This document shows positions 44,348-54,778 of a stretch of 64,000 nt of DNA, piece by piece (position 1 is the first letter of the stretch; the number at the start of each line of letters is the position of its first letter). The position numbers were made by a program, and so were the translations under genes. The notes below the pieces were generated by a model that worked only from the letters and a program-made list of their open reading frames with translations, did not search any database and was not told the DNA's origin. The stretch lies in IMG/VR virus record IMGVR_UViG_3300022935_000005, positions 1 through 64,000 of that record. One strand, given 5' to 3'.

Positions 44348-45061
44348 ATGTATGACATAACGCAACAGTTAGAGGATAGAAACATATTCGATGATATGTC
44401 TTTTCCAAGATTGGTTTCCTACCCAAGAACAGGCTCACACTGGCTAAGGATGATGCTGGAGGTCCACCTGGGCATGCCTTCTTACGTTCAAAGTTTTTTT
44501 GATCCGAATCCCGTTAAATGCTGGGGATTTCATATCCATAATAGGTTGATAAAAGAACCACACCATACAGAGGGTCCTGTTATAGGACTAAAGAATGTGT
44601 TATACCTTTACAGGGATCCAATAGACACGATATTCTCACAACTTAGGTACGAAAAAAATCTACTACCTTCCTGGGACGGCAAGACTAATGAACGTTTAGA
44701 CCAGGACGTTGAAAAGATATCACAAGAATACTACGCTCATCTTAAGCGTTGGTTATCCAATAACAGTGATGTCAAGAATTTTATGTCATTGACGTACGAG
44801 GATTTGAAAGACGATCCTGTTGGAAAGCTGATGGCAATATCTACTTTTTTGGGAATGGGCGGTACTGTTGATACGGCTAGCGAGGCAGTGAGAAGATGTG
44901 ATAAGTCTTTGACAAAAAAACTTACACCACATGACAATAGCGCTTTGAACGACCAGTCTTTAAATCGTCCAGATCAATATGCTGACCAAAAACGGCTCTT
45001 TGCGTCCAGATATGGAAGCGCAATAACTGAGAAGTTCAAGGGTGTATATTATGTCAAGTAA
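44348..45061 (+). CDS. Sulfotransferase
   Basis: PAPS loops SYPRTGSHWL and YLYRDPID; TYEDL. Confidence 0.85.
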   Translation: MYDITQQLEDRNIFDDMSFPRLVSYPRTGSHWLRMMLEVHLGMPSYVQSFFDPNPVKCWGFHIHNRLIKEPHHTEGPVIGLKNVLYLYRDPIDTIFSQLRYEKNLLPSWDGKTNERLDQDVEKISQEYYAHLKRWLSNNSDVKNFMSLTYEDLKDDPVGKLMAISTFLGMGGTVDTASEAVRRCDKSLTKKLTPHDNSALNDQSLNRPDQYADQKRLFASRYGSAITEKFKGVYYVK

Positions 45062-45719
45062 ACTAGAGCATAATGAACACTGGAATTTAGAGCAAGGTAT
45101 ATCGGAAAGTAATAGCTTATTTTTTGTAGGTGTGCCGAAAACAGGTAGTCAGACTTTCGCTTCTATCCTCGGCGCAGGAGGACCTAACAAGATAAATTCC
45201 GGTAACTTTACGTTAGAAGACTTTTGCTTAATGCACGGAATAGAAAAAGTAAGAAGGTTTAAGAAGGTAGCCTCGATCAGAAATCCGTATGATAGAATAT
45301 ATTCGTGTTGGACATACGCCGCAAAACCGAGAGGCATTAGCTTCAAAGAATTCACCAACCTCTTGAAATCACACTCTAATAGAATAAAGAATTTAGACGA
45401 GCTTTCGTCTATATCTTCTCTAGACTTGATAAGAGAGAACTTTCCTTTTGGGAACTGGACGATGCATGGGTTGGCTTCAATGCACAACTTTATTAAGCAT
45501 CCTGAGATTGGCATAGATCTAATCGTTTCGATTGACGATATGGATCATTCTATAGAGGGAATAAAGGGCTTACTAAAAAAAGACGTCAGCCCTATACATG
45601 TTAATAAGAGTAGTAAACCAGTAGACTCTAGCTCTATGAAACGCGACCCTGAATTTATTTCAATAGTGAACGAAATATATGAGAGAGATTTTGCAGAGTT
45701 TGGTTATGAAATGCTGTGA
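45051..45719 (+). CDS. Sulfotransferase (family 2)
   Basis: VPKTGSQT, IRNPYDRIYS, YERDFAEFGY. Confidence 0.85.
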   Translation: MSSKLEHNEHWNLEQGISESNSLFFVGVPKTGSQTFASILGAGGPNKINSGNFTLEDFCLMHGIEKVRRFKKVASIRNPYDRIYSCWTYAAKPRGISFKEFTNLLKSHSNRIKNLDELSSISSLDLIRENFPFGNWTMHGLASMHNFIKHPEIGIDLIVSIDDMDHSIEGIKGLLKKDVSPIHVNKSSKPVDSSSMKRDPEFISIVNEIYERDFAEFGYEML

Positions 45720-45849
45720 GTAGCTATACAGACAGCTTTACAACTATCTAGAGTGTTGTATTTCACTATTCCTTCGTTTTTCTTAATATAAATAGAAGTA
45801 GTACGTAGCGTAATGTGTAAACATGTCGTTCCGCAAATAAGGTTTATCT

Positions 45850-46779
45850 ATGAAGATACTAGTTACAGGTGGGCATGGGATGGTTGGATCTGCATTTAAC
45901 CGTGTAGACACCACTCACACAATCATCACTATAGGCCGCCAAGATGCGGATTTAGCAAATCGGTCCGAAGTATTATCAGTGATTGATAAAGTGGAGCCTG
46001 ATGCCGTTATACATCTTGCTGCAAAGGTGGGTGGTGTCAAGGGTAACACTGATTTCGTCGCAGACTTTTATACCGAGAATACCTTGATGAATACCAATAT
46101 CCTTGACTGTTGTCACGAGGCTGGTGTAACAAAAGTGCTATCGCTACTTTCTACGTGTATATATCCAGATGACGCAGTTTACCCATTAACTGAAGATCAA
46201 ATTCATCTTGGTCCACCTCATGTAAGCAACTTTGGATATGCGTATGCAAAGAGGATGCTAGATGTACACTCTAGAGCACTTCGAAGACAATATGATAGAA
46301 ACTACATCTGCGCCGTGCCAAACAATCTGTATGGCCCTTATGACAACTTTGATCTTGAGAATAGTCATGTGATTCCAGCCATCATAAGAAAGATATGGGA
46401 AGCGAAAATTAATAATAGCACACCAATTTTCTGGGGAGACGGTAGTCCCTTAAGAGAGTTTACTTTCTCTGACGATATAGCTAAGTGTTTGATTTTTTTA
46501 CTTGAAAAGTATGAAGATGCCGACCCTGTGAACGTAGGAAACATAGGGGAGGTTAGTATCAAACAAATCGTGGAAAAGACATGCGATATTTTAGATTACA
46601 AGGGTAGTATAGAGTGGGATCCAACAAAGCCTGCTGGACAGTTTAGAAAGCCAAGCGACAACTCTAAATTCATAGGTTTAGGCTGGTCTAACGATATGTA
46701 TACAGACTTCGATACAGGACTGAAGGTAACAATCGATTGGTTTAAGAAAAACTACCCAAATATAAGGGGAGTTAGATGA
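45850..46779 (+). CDS. fcl: GDP-L-fucose synthase (Fcl/ColC-type epimerase-reductase)
   Basis: TGGHGMVG, HLAAKVGG, STCIYP, YAYAK, SHVIPA, WGDGSPLREF. Confidence 0.92.
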   Translation: MKILVTGGHGMVGSAFNRVDTTHTIITIGRQDADLANRSEVLSVIDKVEPDAVIHLAAKVGGVKGNTDFVADFYTENTLMNTNILDCCHEAGVTKVLSLLSTCIYPDDAVYPLTEDQIHLGPPHVSNFGYAYAKRMLDVHSRALRRQYDRNYICAVPNNLYGPYDNFDLENSHVIPAIIRKIWEAKINNSTPIFWGDGSPLREFTFSDDIAKCLIFLLEKYEDADPVNVGNIGEVSIKQIVEKTCDILDYKGSIEWDPTKPAGQFRKPSDNSKFIGLGWSNDMYTDFDTGLKVTIDWFKKNYPNIRGVR

Positions 46780-47552
46780 TCACATGTAATCTAAAGGGAA
46801 GGCTGGGAAACCAGTTGTTTCAGATCGCAACAGCACACGCTCTCGCTCTAGATAATGGTGACAGATGCATATTCCCACTTGGCATTGAGGGTGCTACACC
46901 CAATATCTATGAAAGAACCTTTTACGCAAATACTGTATTAAGAAACATTGTGTATGGATATGACTTTTCGTGGATAAAAAGTATCTATAGAGAACCTGGA
47001 TTCCATTACAGCAAGATAGGCTATCAAGACGGACTACTATTAGACGGGTACTTTCAAAGTGAAAAGTATTTTGTACACCAGAGGGATAGAATACTGGAGC
47101 TTTTTTCGCCCTCTGAATATATCACTGAAAGAGTGGAAAGATATACTGAAGTTATTAACTTTGGTGAGTGTGTAGCGGTTCACGTAAGAAGAGGTGATTA
47201 TGTGAAGTTGTCTGATGTCCACACAAATCTTGCTGAAAACTCACCGTACTACACAGATGCATTAAGTAAATTTTCTAATAAGAAAAAAGTGTTCTTTAGC
47301 GACGATATACAGTGGTGCAAGCAGAAGTTCGGAGACCAACACACATATGTTGCTAATGAAAACGATGTAGTTGAGTTGTTTCTATTTTCGAAGATGTCGA
47401 GTAAGATAATCGCAAATTCATCGTTCAGCTGGTGGGGAGCATGGCTAGGAAGTTTTGACGATGAAGTTATAGCTCCAAAGCAGTGGTTTGGTCAAAATAA
47501 TTCTCACTTAAACACTGAAGATGTGATACCGCAAAGATGGAAAAGAATATGA
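46776..47552 (+). CDS. GT11 alpha-1,2-fucosyl/colitosyltransferase
   Basis: GRLGNQLFQ, GYFQSEKYF, HVRRGDY, NSSFSWWGAWL. Confidence 0.92.
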   Translation: MITCNLKGRLGNQLFQIATAHALALDNGDRCIFPLGIEGATPNIYERTFYANTVLRNIVYGYDFSWIKSIYREPGFHYSKIGYQDGLLLDGYFQSEKYFVHQRDRILELFSPSEYITERVERYTEVINFGECVAVHVRRGDYVKLSDVHTNLAENSPYYTDALSKFSNKKKVFFSDDIQWCKQKFGDQHTYVANENDVVELFLFSKMSSKIIANSSFSWWGAWLGSFDDEVIAPKQWFGQNNSHLNTEDVIPQRWKRI

Positions 47553-48715
47553 GCATTAGATATCCTCTGGTGAAAGATACCATTGATAATTCCGACATCG
47601 ATGAGCTAATCGAGTGGTTGAAGACGTATCCTAGACTAACAAAGGGACCTTTGACCAAAGAATTCGAATCAAGGTGGGCTTCTTGGCTTGGGTCAAAAAG
47701 AGCAATTTATGTAAATTCAGGAAGCTCAGCGAATCTTCTTATGTTGTATTCCTTGATAGTCGATGGAAAAATAAACCACGGCGATTCGATTATCGTTCCG
47801 GCAATATCATGGGCTACAGACTTATCTCCCGTAATGCAGTTTGGATTGAGACCGATCCTTTGCGATTGTAACATGGAAGACCTGTCTGTGGATCTAGAAC
47901 ACCTTGAGCAATTAATTAAGGATAAAAAACCGAAAGCTCTTATGCTAGTCTCTGTACTTGGACTTGTTCCAGATATGGATAAGCTCATGAAGCTCTGCGA
48001 TGATAATAACGTGATTGTCTTAGAAGACACATGCGAATCATTAGGTTCTATGTTCAGCGGCCGGAAGCTTGGTACATTCGGAACGATGTCGAGTTTCTCT
48101 CTTTATTTTGGTCACCACATATCTACCATAGAGGGTGGTATGATATGCACAGATGATGATAATTTAGCAGATATATTGTTAAGTATAAGGAACCACGGTT
48201 GGGATCGCGACTGGAGCGAAGACAGAAAAGAAAGATACAGGAAAGAGTACAACGTTAAAGAGTTTGACGCTCTTTACAAATTTTATTATCCTGGATTCAA
48301 TGTAAGAGCCACAGATCTTCAAGCAAAGTTGGGCTTTCGACAACTAGAAAAATTAGACGAAGTTTGCAAAATTAGAGAAAGAAATTTTCAACTGTACATG
48401 TCAAACTTAAGTGAATCAGGGATTTGGTTGCCTAAAAACAGTCCAGAGAATTTCACATCTAATTTTTGCTTCCCCATCATCCATGAAAATAGAGATAAGA
48501 TTGCAGGTTCTTTGATATCTGCGGGAGTTGAGTGTCGGCCACTTATCGCTGGTTCAATGGGCACTCAACCCATGTACACTCGTAAGTATGGCGTTTTGCA
48601 TCTCAAGAATGCAAGTGTGGTGGACAACAGCGGAATGTATGTTCCAAACAATCAATCTTTCAAAGAAGAAGACATAGACAGAATTTGTGAAATCATCATT
48701 GGTTCTGTAAACTAG
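47549..48715 (+). CDS. colD: ColD-like GDP-4-keto-6-deoxymannose 3-dehydratase (DegT family, His in place of Lys)
   Basis: VNSGSSANLL, EDTCESLG, SLYFGHHISTIEGG, RNHGW, GVECRPLIAG. Confidence 0.75.
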   Translation: MSIRYPLVKDTIDNSDIDELIEWLKTYPRLTKGPLTKEFESRWASWLGSKRAIYVNSGSSANLLMLYSLIVDGKINHGDSIIVPAISWATDLSPVMQFGLRPILCDCNMEDLSVDLEHLEQLIKDKKPKALMLVSVLGLVPDMDKLMKLCDDNNVIVLEDTCESLGSMFSGRKLGTFGTMSSFSLYFGHHISTIEGGMICTDDDNLADILLSIRNHGWDRDWSEDRKERYRKEYNVKEFDALYKFYYPGFNVRATDLQAKLGFRQLEKLDEVCKIRERNFQLYMSNLSESGIWLPKNSPENFTSNFCFPIIHENRDKIAGSLISAGVECRPLIAGSMGTQPMYTRKYGVLHLKNASVVDNSGMYVPNNQSFKEEDIDRICEIIIGSVN

Positions 48716-48753
48716 ACTTTGAAAAACTAAATTTATTATTTAGGGAGTACTTT

Positions 48754-49734
48754 ATGAAGACAGCGATGGTAACTGGTATAACAGGACAGGATGGCTCTTA
48801 CTTAGCAGAACTGTTACTAAACAAAGGTTACAGAGTGGTTGGTCTCAAGAGAAGAACAAGTATCCTGTCGACTGATAGAATAGACCACTTGTTCGATAAC
48901 CCGATGTTATCACTGGAATATTATTCTCTTCACGACGCCACAACGTTATACAGGCTGATTGAGAAATATAAACCACAAGAGTTTTACAACTTAGCTGCTC
49001 AATCGCACGTTAAGGTTTCATTTGATGTACCTGTCGAGACCGTTGATACTATCGTGATGGGTACTTTAAAGATTCTAGAAGCAGTTAGACACGTCGATCC
49101 AACAATAAAGGTTTACCAAGCAAGTTCTTCAGAGATGTTTGGAGACAATCCGACTGTGCCGCAGTCAGAGACAACAGCTCTGCAACCAGCAAGCCCATAC
49201 GCATGTGCAAAAGTATTTGCCCACAATCTCTGTAGGAACTATAGAGAGTCTTACGGAATGCATATATCTAGCGGTATCTTGTTTAATCATGAAAGCCCTC
49301 GACGTGGCGAAACATTTGTCACGAGAAAAATTACGCTGGCTGCTGCGAGAATAAAGCTCGGGCTCCAAGACAAGCTTTATCTTGGAAATCTAGACGCAAA
49401 AAGAGACTGGGGTTTTGCTGGTGATTATGTGGAGGCAATGTGGAGAATGCTGCAGCAGGAATCGCCAGATGACTATGTAATTGCTACAGGCGAAACGTCG
49501 ACAGTCAAGGAGTTTCTGCACAAAGTCTTTGAGATAGCAGGTCTTGATGTAGAAAAATATGTAGAAATAGACTCTCGTCTGTTCAGACCTCATGAGGTTC
49601 CTCTTCTTTTGGGAGACGCTACAAAGGCAACAGAAAGGCTTGGGTGGAAAGCAACAGTTGATTTAGACGGACTAGCTAGGATGATGTATGAGTCAGACCT
49701 AAAGATGTTAAGCAAAGAACAAGGAAGACAATAA
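48754..49734 (+). CDS. gmd: GDP-mannose 4,6-dehydratase
   Basis: TGITGQDGSYLAE, NLAAQSHV, QASSSE, PYACAK, NHESPRRGETFVTRKI. Confidence 0.96.
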   Translation: MKTAMVTGITGQDGSYLAELLLNKGYRVVGLKRRTSILSTDRIDHLFDNPMLSLEYYSLHDATTLYRLIEKYKPQEFYNLAAQSHVKVSFDVPVETVDTIVMGTLKILEAVRHVDPTIKVYQASSSEMFGDNPTVPQSETTALQPASPYACAKVFAHNLCRNYRESYGMHISSGILFNHESPRRGETFVTRKITLAAARIKLGLQDKLYLGNLDAKRDWGFAGDYVEAMWRMLQQESPDDYVIATGETSTVKEFLHKVFEIAGLDVEKYVEIDSRLFRPHEVPLLLGDATKATERLGWKATVDLDGLARMMYESDLKMLSKEQGRQ

Positions 49735-50297
49735 TGGCAATACCTGAGCAACTTTTAAAAGAAGTAAAGGAAAAACACAACTGTACTGTCTTTTTTGAGA
49801 CTGGATTATATCATGGGTATTCTGCGAGGATTGCTCTCGACATGGGTTTTGAAAAAGTGGTGTCTATTGAGCTGTTGCAAAGATTCGTAGACAGGGGAAA
49901 AGACACGTTTAAAAAAGAGATTGCTGAAAATAGATACTTTGTGATACCTGATGACAGTGCGAATTTAGGCAACCACTTAAGCTCTATATTGGATGACAAG
50001 GTTGTTTTTTGGCTGGATGCCCACATAGACAATCCACTAAATGGAGCTGTTTGTCAACCACTCGAGACGTGTCCAGTTGTGCAAGAGATTAACTCCCTTA
50101 GCGTGATGAGGCAAAAGCCAGTGATCTTGGTTGATGACATAAGCATAATAGAAGGTTCAGCACCGTGGGGTGATAGATCACCTGATGCCATAAATCTTGA
50201 AAAAATAATCTCAGCAATAAACAACTTACCGTTTGACTATAGCATATCCTATTGGCCATCTGTTTCTTCTGAGAAAGATATATTGGTGGCTGTGTAA
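49734..50297 (+). CDS. Methyltransferase-fold hypothetical protein
   Basis: FFETG.YHG, SIEL, FWLDAH, ILVDD. Confidence 0.65.
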   Translation: MAIPEQLLKEVKEKHNCTVFFETGLYHGYSARIALDMGFEKVVSIELLQRFVDRGKDTFKKEIAENRYFVIPDDSANLGNHLSSILDDKVVFWLDAHIDNPLNGAVCQPLETCPVVQEINSLSVMRQKPVILVDDISIIEGSAPWGDRSPDAINLEKIISAINNLPFDYSISYWPSVSSEKDILVAV

Positions 50298-50325
50298 AGT
50301 CACAAAATAAAGTATAATATTCTTT

Positions 50326-51204
50326 ATGAGTGATGAATTAGATAACAGAGTTGCCTTAGTGCAATTTCCGACTAGTAAACCCCACGTTTCATACTCTGAG
50401 ATTCGTACATGGAAAGAGTGTCCGTATAGACACAAACTTACTTACATAGACAAGATCTCTGTTGATGAGCCAAGTCCGTATCTTTCTTATGGTACAGCGG
50501 TCCATGCTGCGCTAGAGGATTTTTTAAAGACCCGCTCTATGGACGTTTCTATAGCTCTTGATCAGATTAAAGCAGAGTGGGAAAAGCACGGCTTCGATTC
50601 TGATGTATGGATAAAGGCTCAAGCCGACTATCGCTCTTCACAAGGGTGGAAGCCTAAGCCGCACAATTATTTAAGTGAATGGCTTGAGTGGGCTGAAAAC
50701 TGTCTTAATGAAATCCCACAATTTCTAGATTCTGAATTTGATGAGTGGGAAACAGTATCAGCAGAAGAAGAACTCTATGAGTTTGTGGAAGGTTATGACA
50801 TTTTCTTCAAGGGCTTTATCGATGCTCTTCTTAAGGTAAAGATTAAGGGGAAAGAATTCTATTATGTTCTTGACTGGAAGACCGCCGGTGATAAAGGGTG
50901 GTACGCGTCCAAGAGAAGAGACATACTAACATGGGCTCAAATTGCTTTATACAAGTCATTCTGGATGAGAAAGAATGATTTAGATACAAAGCAAGTTAAA
51001 TGCGGGTTTGTACTTCTCAAACGAGGTGCCAAGAAAGGCAACACTTGTGAGCTAGTAAAAGTGTCTGTTGGTCCTAAAGCGGAAGAGAATGCTCTATCGA
51101 TTATGAGAAGTATGGTAAAGACAGTCCGCCGCGGCATTTTTCTGAAGAATAGAGACTCATGCTTGTTCTGTGAGTTCAAGGGGACAACGAACTGTCCAGG
51201 ATAG
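50326..51204 (+). CDS. PD-(D/E)XK nuclease, RecB/Cas4-like
   Basis: SYSEI..ECP, GTAVH, GFIDA, DWKT, QIALY, CLFC..C. Confidence 0.88.
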   Translation: MSDELDNRVALVQFPTSKPHVSYSEIRTWKECPYRHKLTYIDKISVDEPSPYLSYGTAVHAALEDFLKTRSMDVSIALDQIKAEWEKHGFDSDVWIKAQADYRSSQGWKPKPHNYLSEWLEWAENCLNEIPQFLDSEFDEWETVSAEEELYEFVEGYDIFFKGFIDALLKVKIKGKEFYYVLDWKTAGDKGWYASKRRDILTWAQIALYKSFWMRKNDLDTKQVKCGFVLLKRGAKKGNTCELVKVSVGPKAEENALSIMRSMVKTVRRGIFLKNRDSCLFCEFKGTTNCPG

Positions 51205-51283
51205 TCTCATTAGATAAATATACTTCTGAAATCGTTTTGATATGATTACTCACAAGGTACCCAACATTTAGACAGGGCTTACA

Positions 51284-52549
51284 ATGAGTGAAAATCAAAA
51301 CAAAAAATTAAAAATACTTCTAATATCAGACCACGCCTTGAGCACATCTGGTGTAGGTTGTCAGTCACGATTCTTGATGAATGGACTGATAGAAAAGGGA
51401 AATTGGACAGTCAGGCAGCTAGGTGCCGCAATGAAGCACAGCAGTTATGACGTCCAAGCACCGCACCCAGAGTTTATCATAAAGCCCATTGACGGGTTCG
51501 GTAACCCAGATATGATACGAGTTCTTCTTGCAACAGAGAAGCCAGATGTACTCATGATCTTTACCGACCCGCGCTTTTATACTTGGCTGTGGGCAATGGA
51601 AGACGAAATCCACCAAGTTTGTCCTATCGCTTATTGGCACGTTTGGGACAACTATCCGTCTCCTGATTTTAATGACGACTTTTATGCATCAACAGACTTA
51701 ATAAATTGTCACTCGTACCTGACTTATGGAATAGTCAAAGAAAAGTTTCCTGATAGAACAAACTTCATACCTCATGCTCTACCAGATGAATTGTTCTTTA
51801 AGCTCCCTGAGAATCAAAAAAAGAGCTTTAGGCAACAACTGCTTGGTCCAAATTCTGAAGACAAGTTTGTTCTTTTTTGGGTCAACAGGAATGCTAAGAG
51901 AAAAAGACCAAATGACGTACTATGGTCTTGGAAGTTGTTTCTAGATAAGCTAGATGGGGAACAGCGCAAGAACGTGATGTTACTGATGCACACTGACCCT
52001 CATGATCAAGAAGGACCGAATTTGATGGCTACTTCTCAAAAGCTGGGTATCTTGGATACTGTGAAATTTTCAAGAGAGCGTGTTGGATTTGAACAGATGA
52101 ATGTTCTTCACAACATATCAGATGCATGTATTAATATAGCTTTTGCAGAAGGTTTTGGTCTTGCAACTTTAGAGGCAATGAAGGTCGGGAATCCAATTAT
52201 CGCTTGTAAGACGGGTGGATTGACAAGACAAGTTGTTGATCATCGTGACGGGTCTGAAAATGGTGTGGCTCTTGACATTGTAACAAAGACTCTCGTGGGG
52301 TCTCAAAATGTTCCGTACATATACGAAGACTATTGCTCTGTCGAAGATACTGCTGAGGCGATAAATAAGCTGTACTCTATGTCTAAGCAAGAAAGAGAGC
52401 AGCTCGGCCAGAAAGCTATGGAATATGTTCAAGAAGAGTTTGCGATGCAAAAAACTATTGACTTGTGGCATGATTCTCTTCTTAAACTCGTAGAAGACTG
52501 GAAAGAAGGAAAGAGGGTTGTCCCACGTTATGAGATCAAGGAGTTGTAA
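51284..52549 (+). CDS. GT4 glycosyltransferase
   Basis: NRNAKRK, AEGFGLATLEAM. Confidence 0.88.
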   Translation: MSENQNKKLKILLISDHALSTSGVGCQSRFLMNGLIEKGNWTVRQLGAAMKHSSYDVQAPHPEFIIKPIDGFGNPDMIRVLLATEKPDVLMIFTDPRFYTWLWAMEDEIHQVCPIAYWHVWDNYPSPDFNDDFYASTDLINCHSYLTYGIVKEKFPDRTNFIPHALPDELFFKLPENQKKSFRQQLLGPNSEDKFVLFWVNRNAKRKRPNDVLWSWKLFLDKLDGEQRKNVMLLMHTDPHDQEGPNLMATSQKLGILDTVKFSRERVGFEQMNVLHNISDACINIAFAEGFGLATLEAMKVGNPIIACKTGGLTRQVVDHRDGSENGVALDIVTKTLVGSQNVPYIYEDYCSVEDTAEAINKLYSMSKQEREQLGQKAMEYVQEEFAMQKTIDLWHDSLLKLVEDWKEGKRVVPRYEIKEL

Positions 52550-52551
52550 GG

Positions 52552-53727
52552 ATGATTGTTTTAATTAGAGGTCCATTGCTCAGCGTAACTGGATATGGAT
52601 GCCATACTAGGCAGATATGGAAGTGGGCGAGATCGAAACCCGGTTGGCAAGTGTATGCCAACATCGTCCCTTGGGGAACGTGCACTTATTACGTAGATCC
52701 TGAAGCTGAGGATGGGGTCATCGGCGATGTGATGGCAAATTCCAGTCCACCCACTACGAAACCAGATTTAACGATTCAAGTGCAGCTGCCAGATGAGTGG
52801 GACCCTACCTTGGGCAAGGTTAATATCGGTGTAACAGCAGGAATAGAGGCAGACAAGTGTAGCATGAAGTGGATTTCTGCTTGCGAAAAAATGGACAGGG
52901 TAGTCGTTCCGAGTGAGTACTCAAAAGTGGCTTTGCTTAACGGCGGACTAGCGAAGGACAAACTTGTAAATATTCCAGAGGCTACTACATGTGGATTTGA
53001 ACAGACACCCGGTTCCATTGAGGTTACTAAAAGGCTCGACAAAATTAGCACTGATTTTAATTTTCTGATGTTCGGTCAGATAACAGCACATAATGCGGAA
53101 ACAGACAGAAAAAACACTTTTAATTGTCTAAAGTGGTTGTGCGAAGAATTTGAGGGAAGAGAAGACGTGGGGATTATCATAAAGACTAACCTGGGAAGAA
53201 TGACTGTCCAGGATCGGTCATATGCAACATCTACAATCACTCAAGTTCTATCTATGGTCCGAAAAGGTGAGTACCCTCGCATTCATATTGTCCATGGGCT
53301 CATGGATCCTAACGAAATCGGTGCTGTATACAGGCATGATAAGGTAAAGGCGCTTGTAGCTCCCACTAGAGGAGAAGGATGGGGACTTCCAATTCTTGAT
53401 GCCGCCGCCAATGGTTTACCTGTTATTGCAACAGGACACTCTGGTCATCTAGATTTCCTAAAACACACGAAGTTCTTAGATATTAAATTTTCCTTAAGGG
53501 AAATACCGGAAGCCATGCAAGACGGAAGAATATGGGTAAAAGGCGCAAGATGGGCTGAGCCTAGCGAAAAGCACTTTAAGAGTCGTGTGAGAAAATTTAA
53601 AGACTCTCATCGACCACCCACGGAATGGGCAAGCAATAGCGCAAGCAAGATTAGAGAACTTTTTTCTATTGAGTCTGTGTTTACGAAATATGATGAAGCG
53701 CTAGGTGACTTAATTGACTTATCTTGA
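52552..53727 (+). CDS. GT4 glycosyltransferase
   Basis: TGYG, DRKN, TRGEGWGLPILDA, TGHSGHLDF. Confidence 0.88.
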   Translation: MIVLIRGPLLSVTGYGCHTRQIWKWARSKPGWQVYANIVPWGTCTYYVDPEAEDGVIGDVMANSSPPTTKPDLTIQVQLPDEWDPTLGKVNIGVTAGIEADKCSMKWISACEKMDRVVVPSEYSKVALLNGGLAKDKLVNIPEATTCGFEQTPGSIEVTKRLDKISTDFNFLMFGQITAHNAETDRKNTFNCLKWLCEEFEGREDVGIIIKTNLGRMTVQDRSYATSTITQVLSMVRKGEYPRIHIVHGLMDPNEIGAVYRHDKVKALVAPTRGEGWGLPILDAAANGLPVIATGHSGHLDFLKHTKFLDIKFSLREIPEAMQDGRIWVKGARWAEPSEKHFKSRVRKFKDSHRPPTEWASNSASKIRELFSIESVFTKYDEALGDLIDLS

Positions 53728-54040
53728 GATAATACTTCTTTTTGTTCTGGCTATCCTCTTATGTTTATTAGGATGGATGGGATTTAAACTGTACACCCTG
53801 GGTGTAACGATACTTAACGTACAGGACACTCTGGAAGACAGTATAGAAGTACTTGATAGCAAGGTCGAGTCAATGGAGAGAATTCTCGCAATTCCTTTAT
53901 TTTCTGACAGTCCAGAGATAAAGTCGCTACAAAGGGACATGATAGCGTGTAGGGACGCAACACTGGACATTGCGTATTCGCTTTCAAATTCTCTGAAAAG
54001 AGAAATTGCTGAAGAAGAAGTCGTTGGAGAACAACAGTGA
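53714..54040 (+). CDS. Membrane-anchored hypothetical protein
   Basis: N-terminal TM helix followed by coiled coil. Confidence 0.7.
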   Translation: MTYLEIILLFVLAILLCLLGWMGFKLYTLGVTILNVQDTLEDSIEVLDSKVESMERILAIPLFSDSPEIKSLQRDMIACRDATLDIAYSLSNSLKREIAEEEVVGEQQ

Positions 54041-54771
54041 CAATAAAGAAGAAGAAGATTATAAGAAGAAAACCTGGTCAAAAAAGAAATATGTATTTCA
54101 CCAAAGACACTCAGGTTTCAATAGAGTCATACCAGCAAGAGGAAGATAAAGACGCCAGAGAAGTCATCTACAAAAAAGAGATAGCTCCCGCGTTTGAGCA
54201 GCTTGCTGAGAGTCTTATATACGTATACGGGTTTAATTCTCCATATGAGACTGTTGCTTCGATGAAAGATGATTGCGTGGCTTTCCTTTACGAGACAATA
54301 CATAAGTGGGATCCAGAAAGAGGAACGAAAGCATTTTCTTATTTTAATGTAGTAGCCAAAAACTGGCTAATCATAAGATGTAGAAATGCTAAAAAGAATT
54401 TCCACCGTCACGTTTCAATGTCAGATATGTCAGTATTGAACTCAAACGATAAGCACACTATTGCTAGCCATCAAGTTGTACCCTCACCTGAAGATATATT
54501 AGAACAAGCAAATTACAAGAATGAGCTATTTAGTGTAATCACAGAAATAGAAAACAGAGTTAAAAAGCAGAATGAGGTCACATGTGTAAAAGCAATCCGA
54601 ACAGTCTTTGAGAATATAGACAATCTGGATTTCTTAAATAAACGTGCAATATACGTTTATATCCGAGAGATATCTGGCTTAAATTCAAAACAACTATCTG
54701 TTGCGATGTCTAGGATTCGAAAGCACTACAAGGACATAGTGAAAGACGAAAGATTGGTAGATTTATTCTGA
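54037..54771 (+). CDS. Phage sigma-factor-like protein (putative late sigma, gp55-like)
   Basis: Region-2-like IHKWDPERGTKAFSYFNVVAKN; C-terminal HTH-like IREISGL. Confidence 0.7.
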   Translation: MTIKKKKIIRRKPGQKRNMYFTKDTQVSIESYQQEEDKDAREVIYKKEIAPAFEQLAESLIYVYGFNSPYETVASMKDDCVAFLYETIHKWDPERGTKAFSYFNVVAKNWLIIRCRNAKKNFHRHVSMSDMSVLNSNDKHTIASHQVVPSPEDILEQANYKNELFSVITEIENRVKKQNEVTCVKAIRTVFENIDNLDFLNKRAIYVYIREISGLNSKQLSVAMSRIRKHYKDIVKDERLVDLF

Positions 54772-54778
54772 GGTACGT

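Noticed and set aside
45787-45794. Exact T4 late promoter TATAAATA
   Set aside because: Not seen upstream of the structural operons and lies in AT-rich DNA; those operons use a different motif.
50326-51204. CRISPR-Cas locus suggested by the Cas4-like nuclease
   Set aside because: No array or other cas genes; stand-alone nucleases of this type are common in phages.
36771-53727. Host O-antigen or capsule locus (bacterial chromosome)
   Set aside because: No wzx/wzy/ABC exporter or initiating transferase; flanked by tail-fibre, nuclease, sigma-like and baseplate genes.
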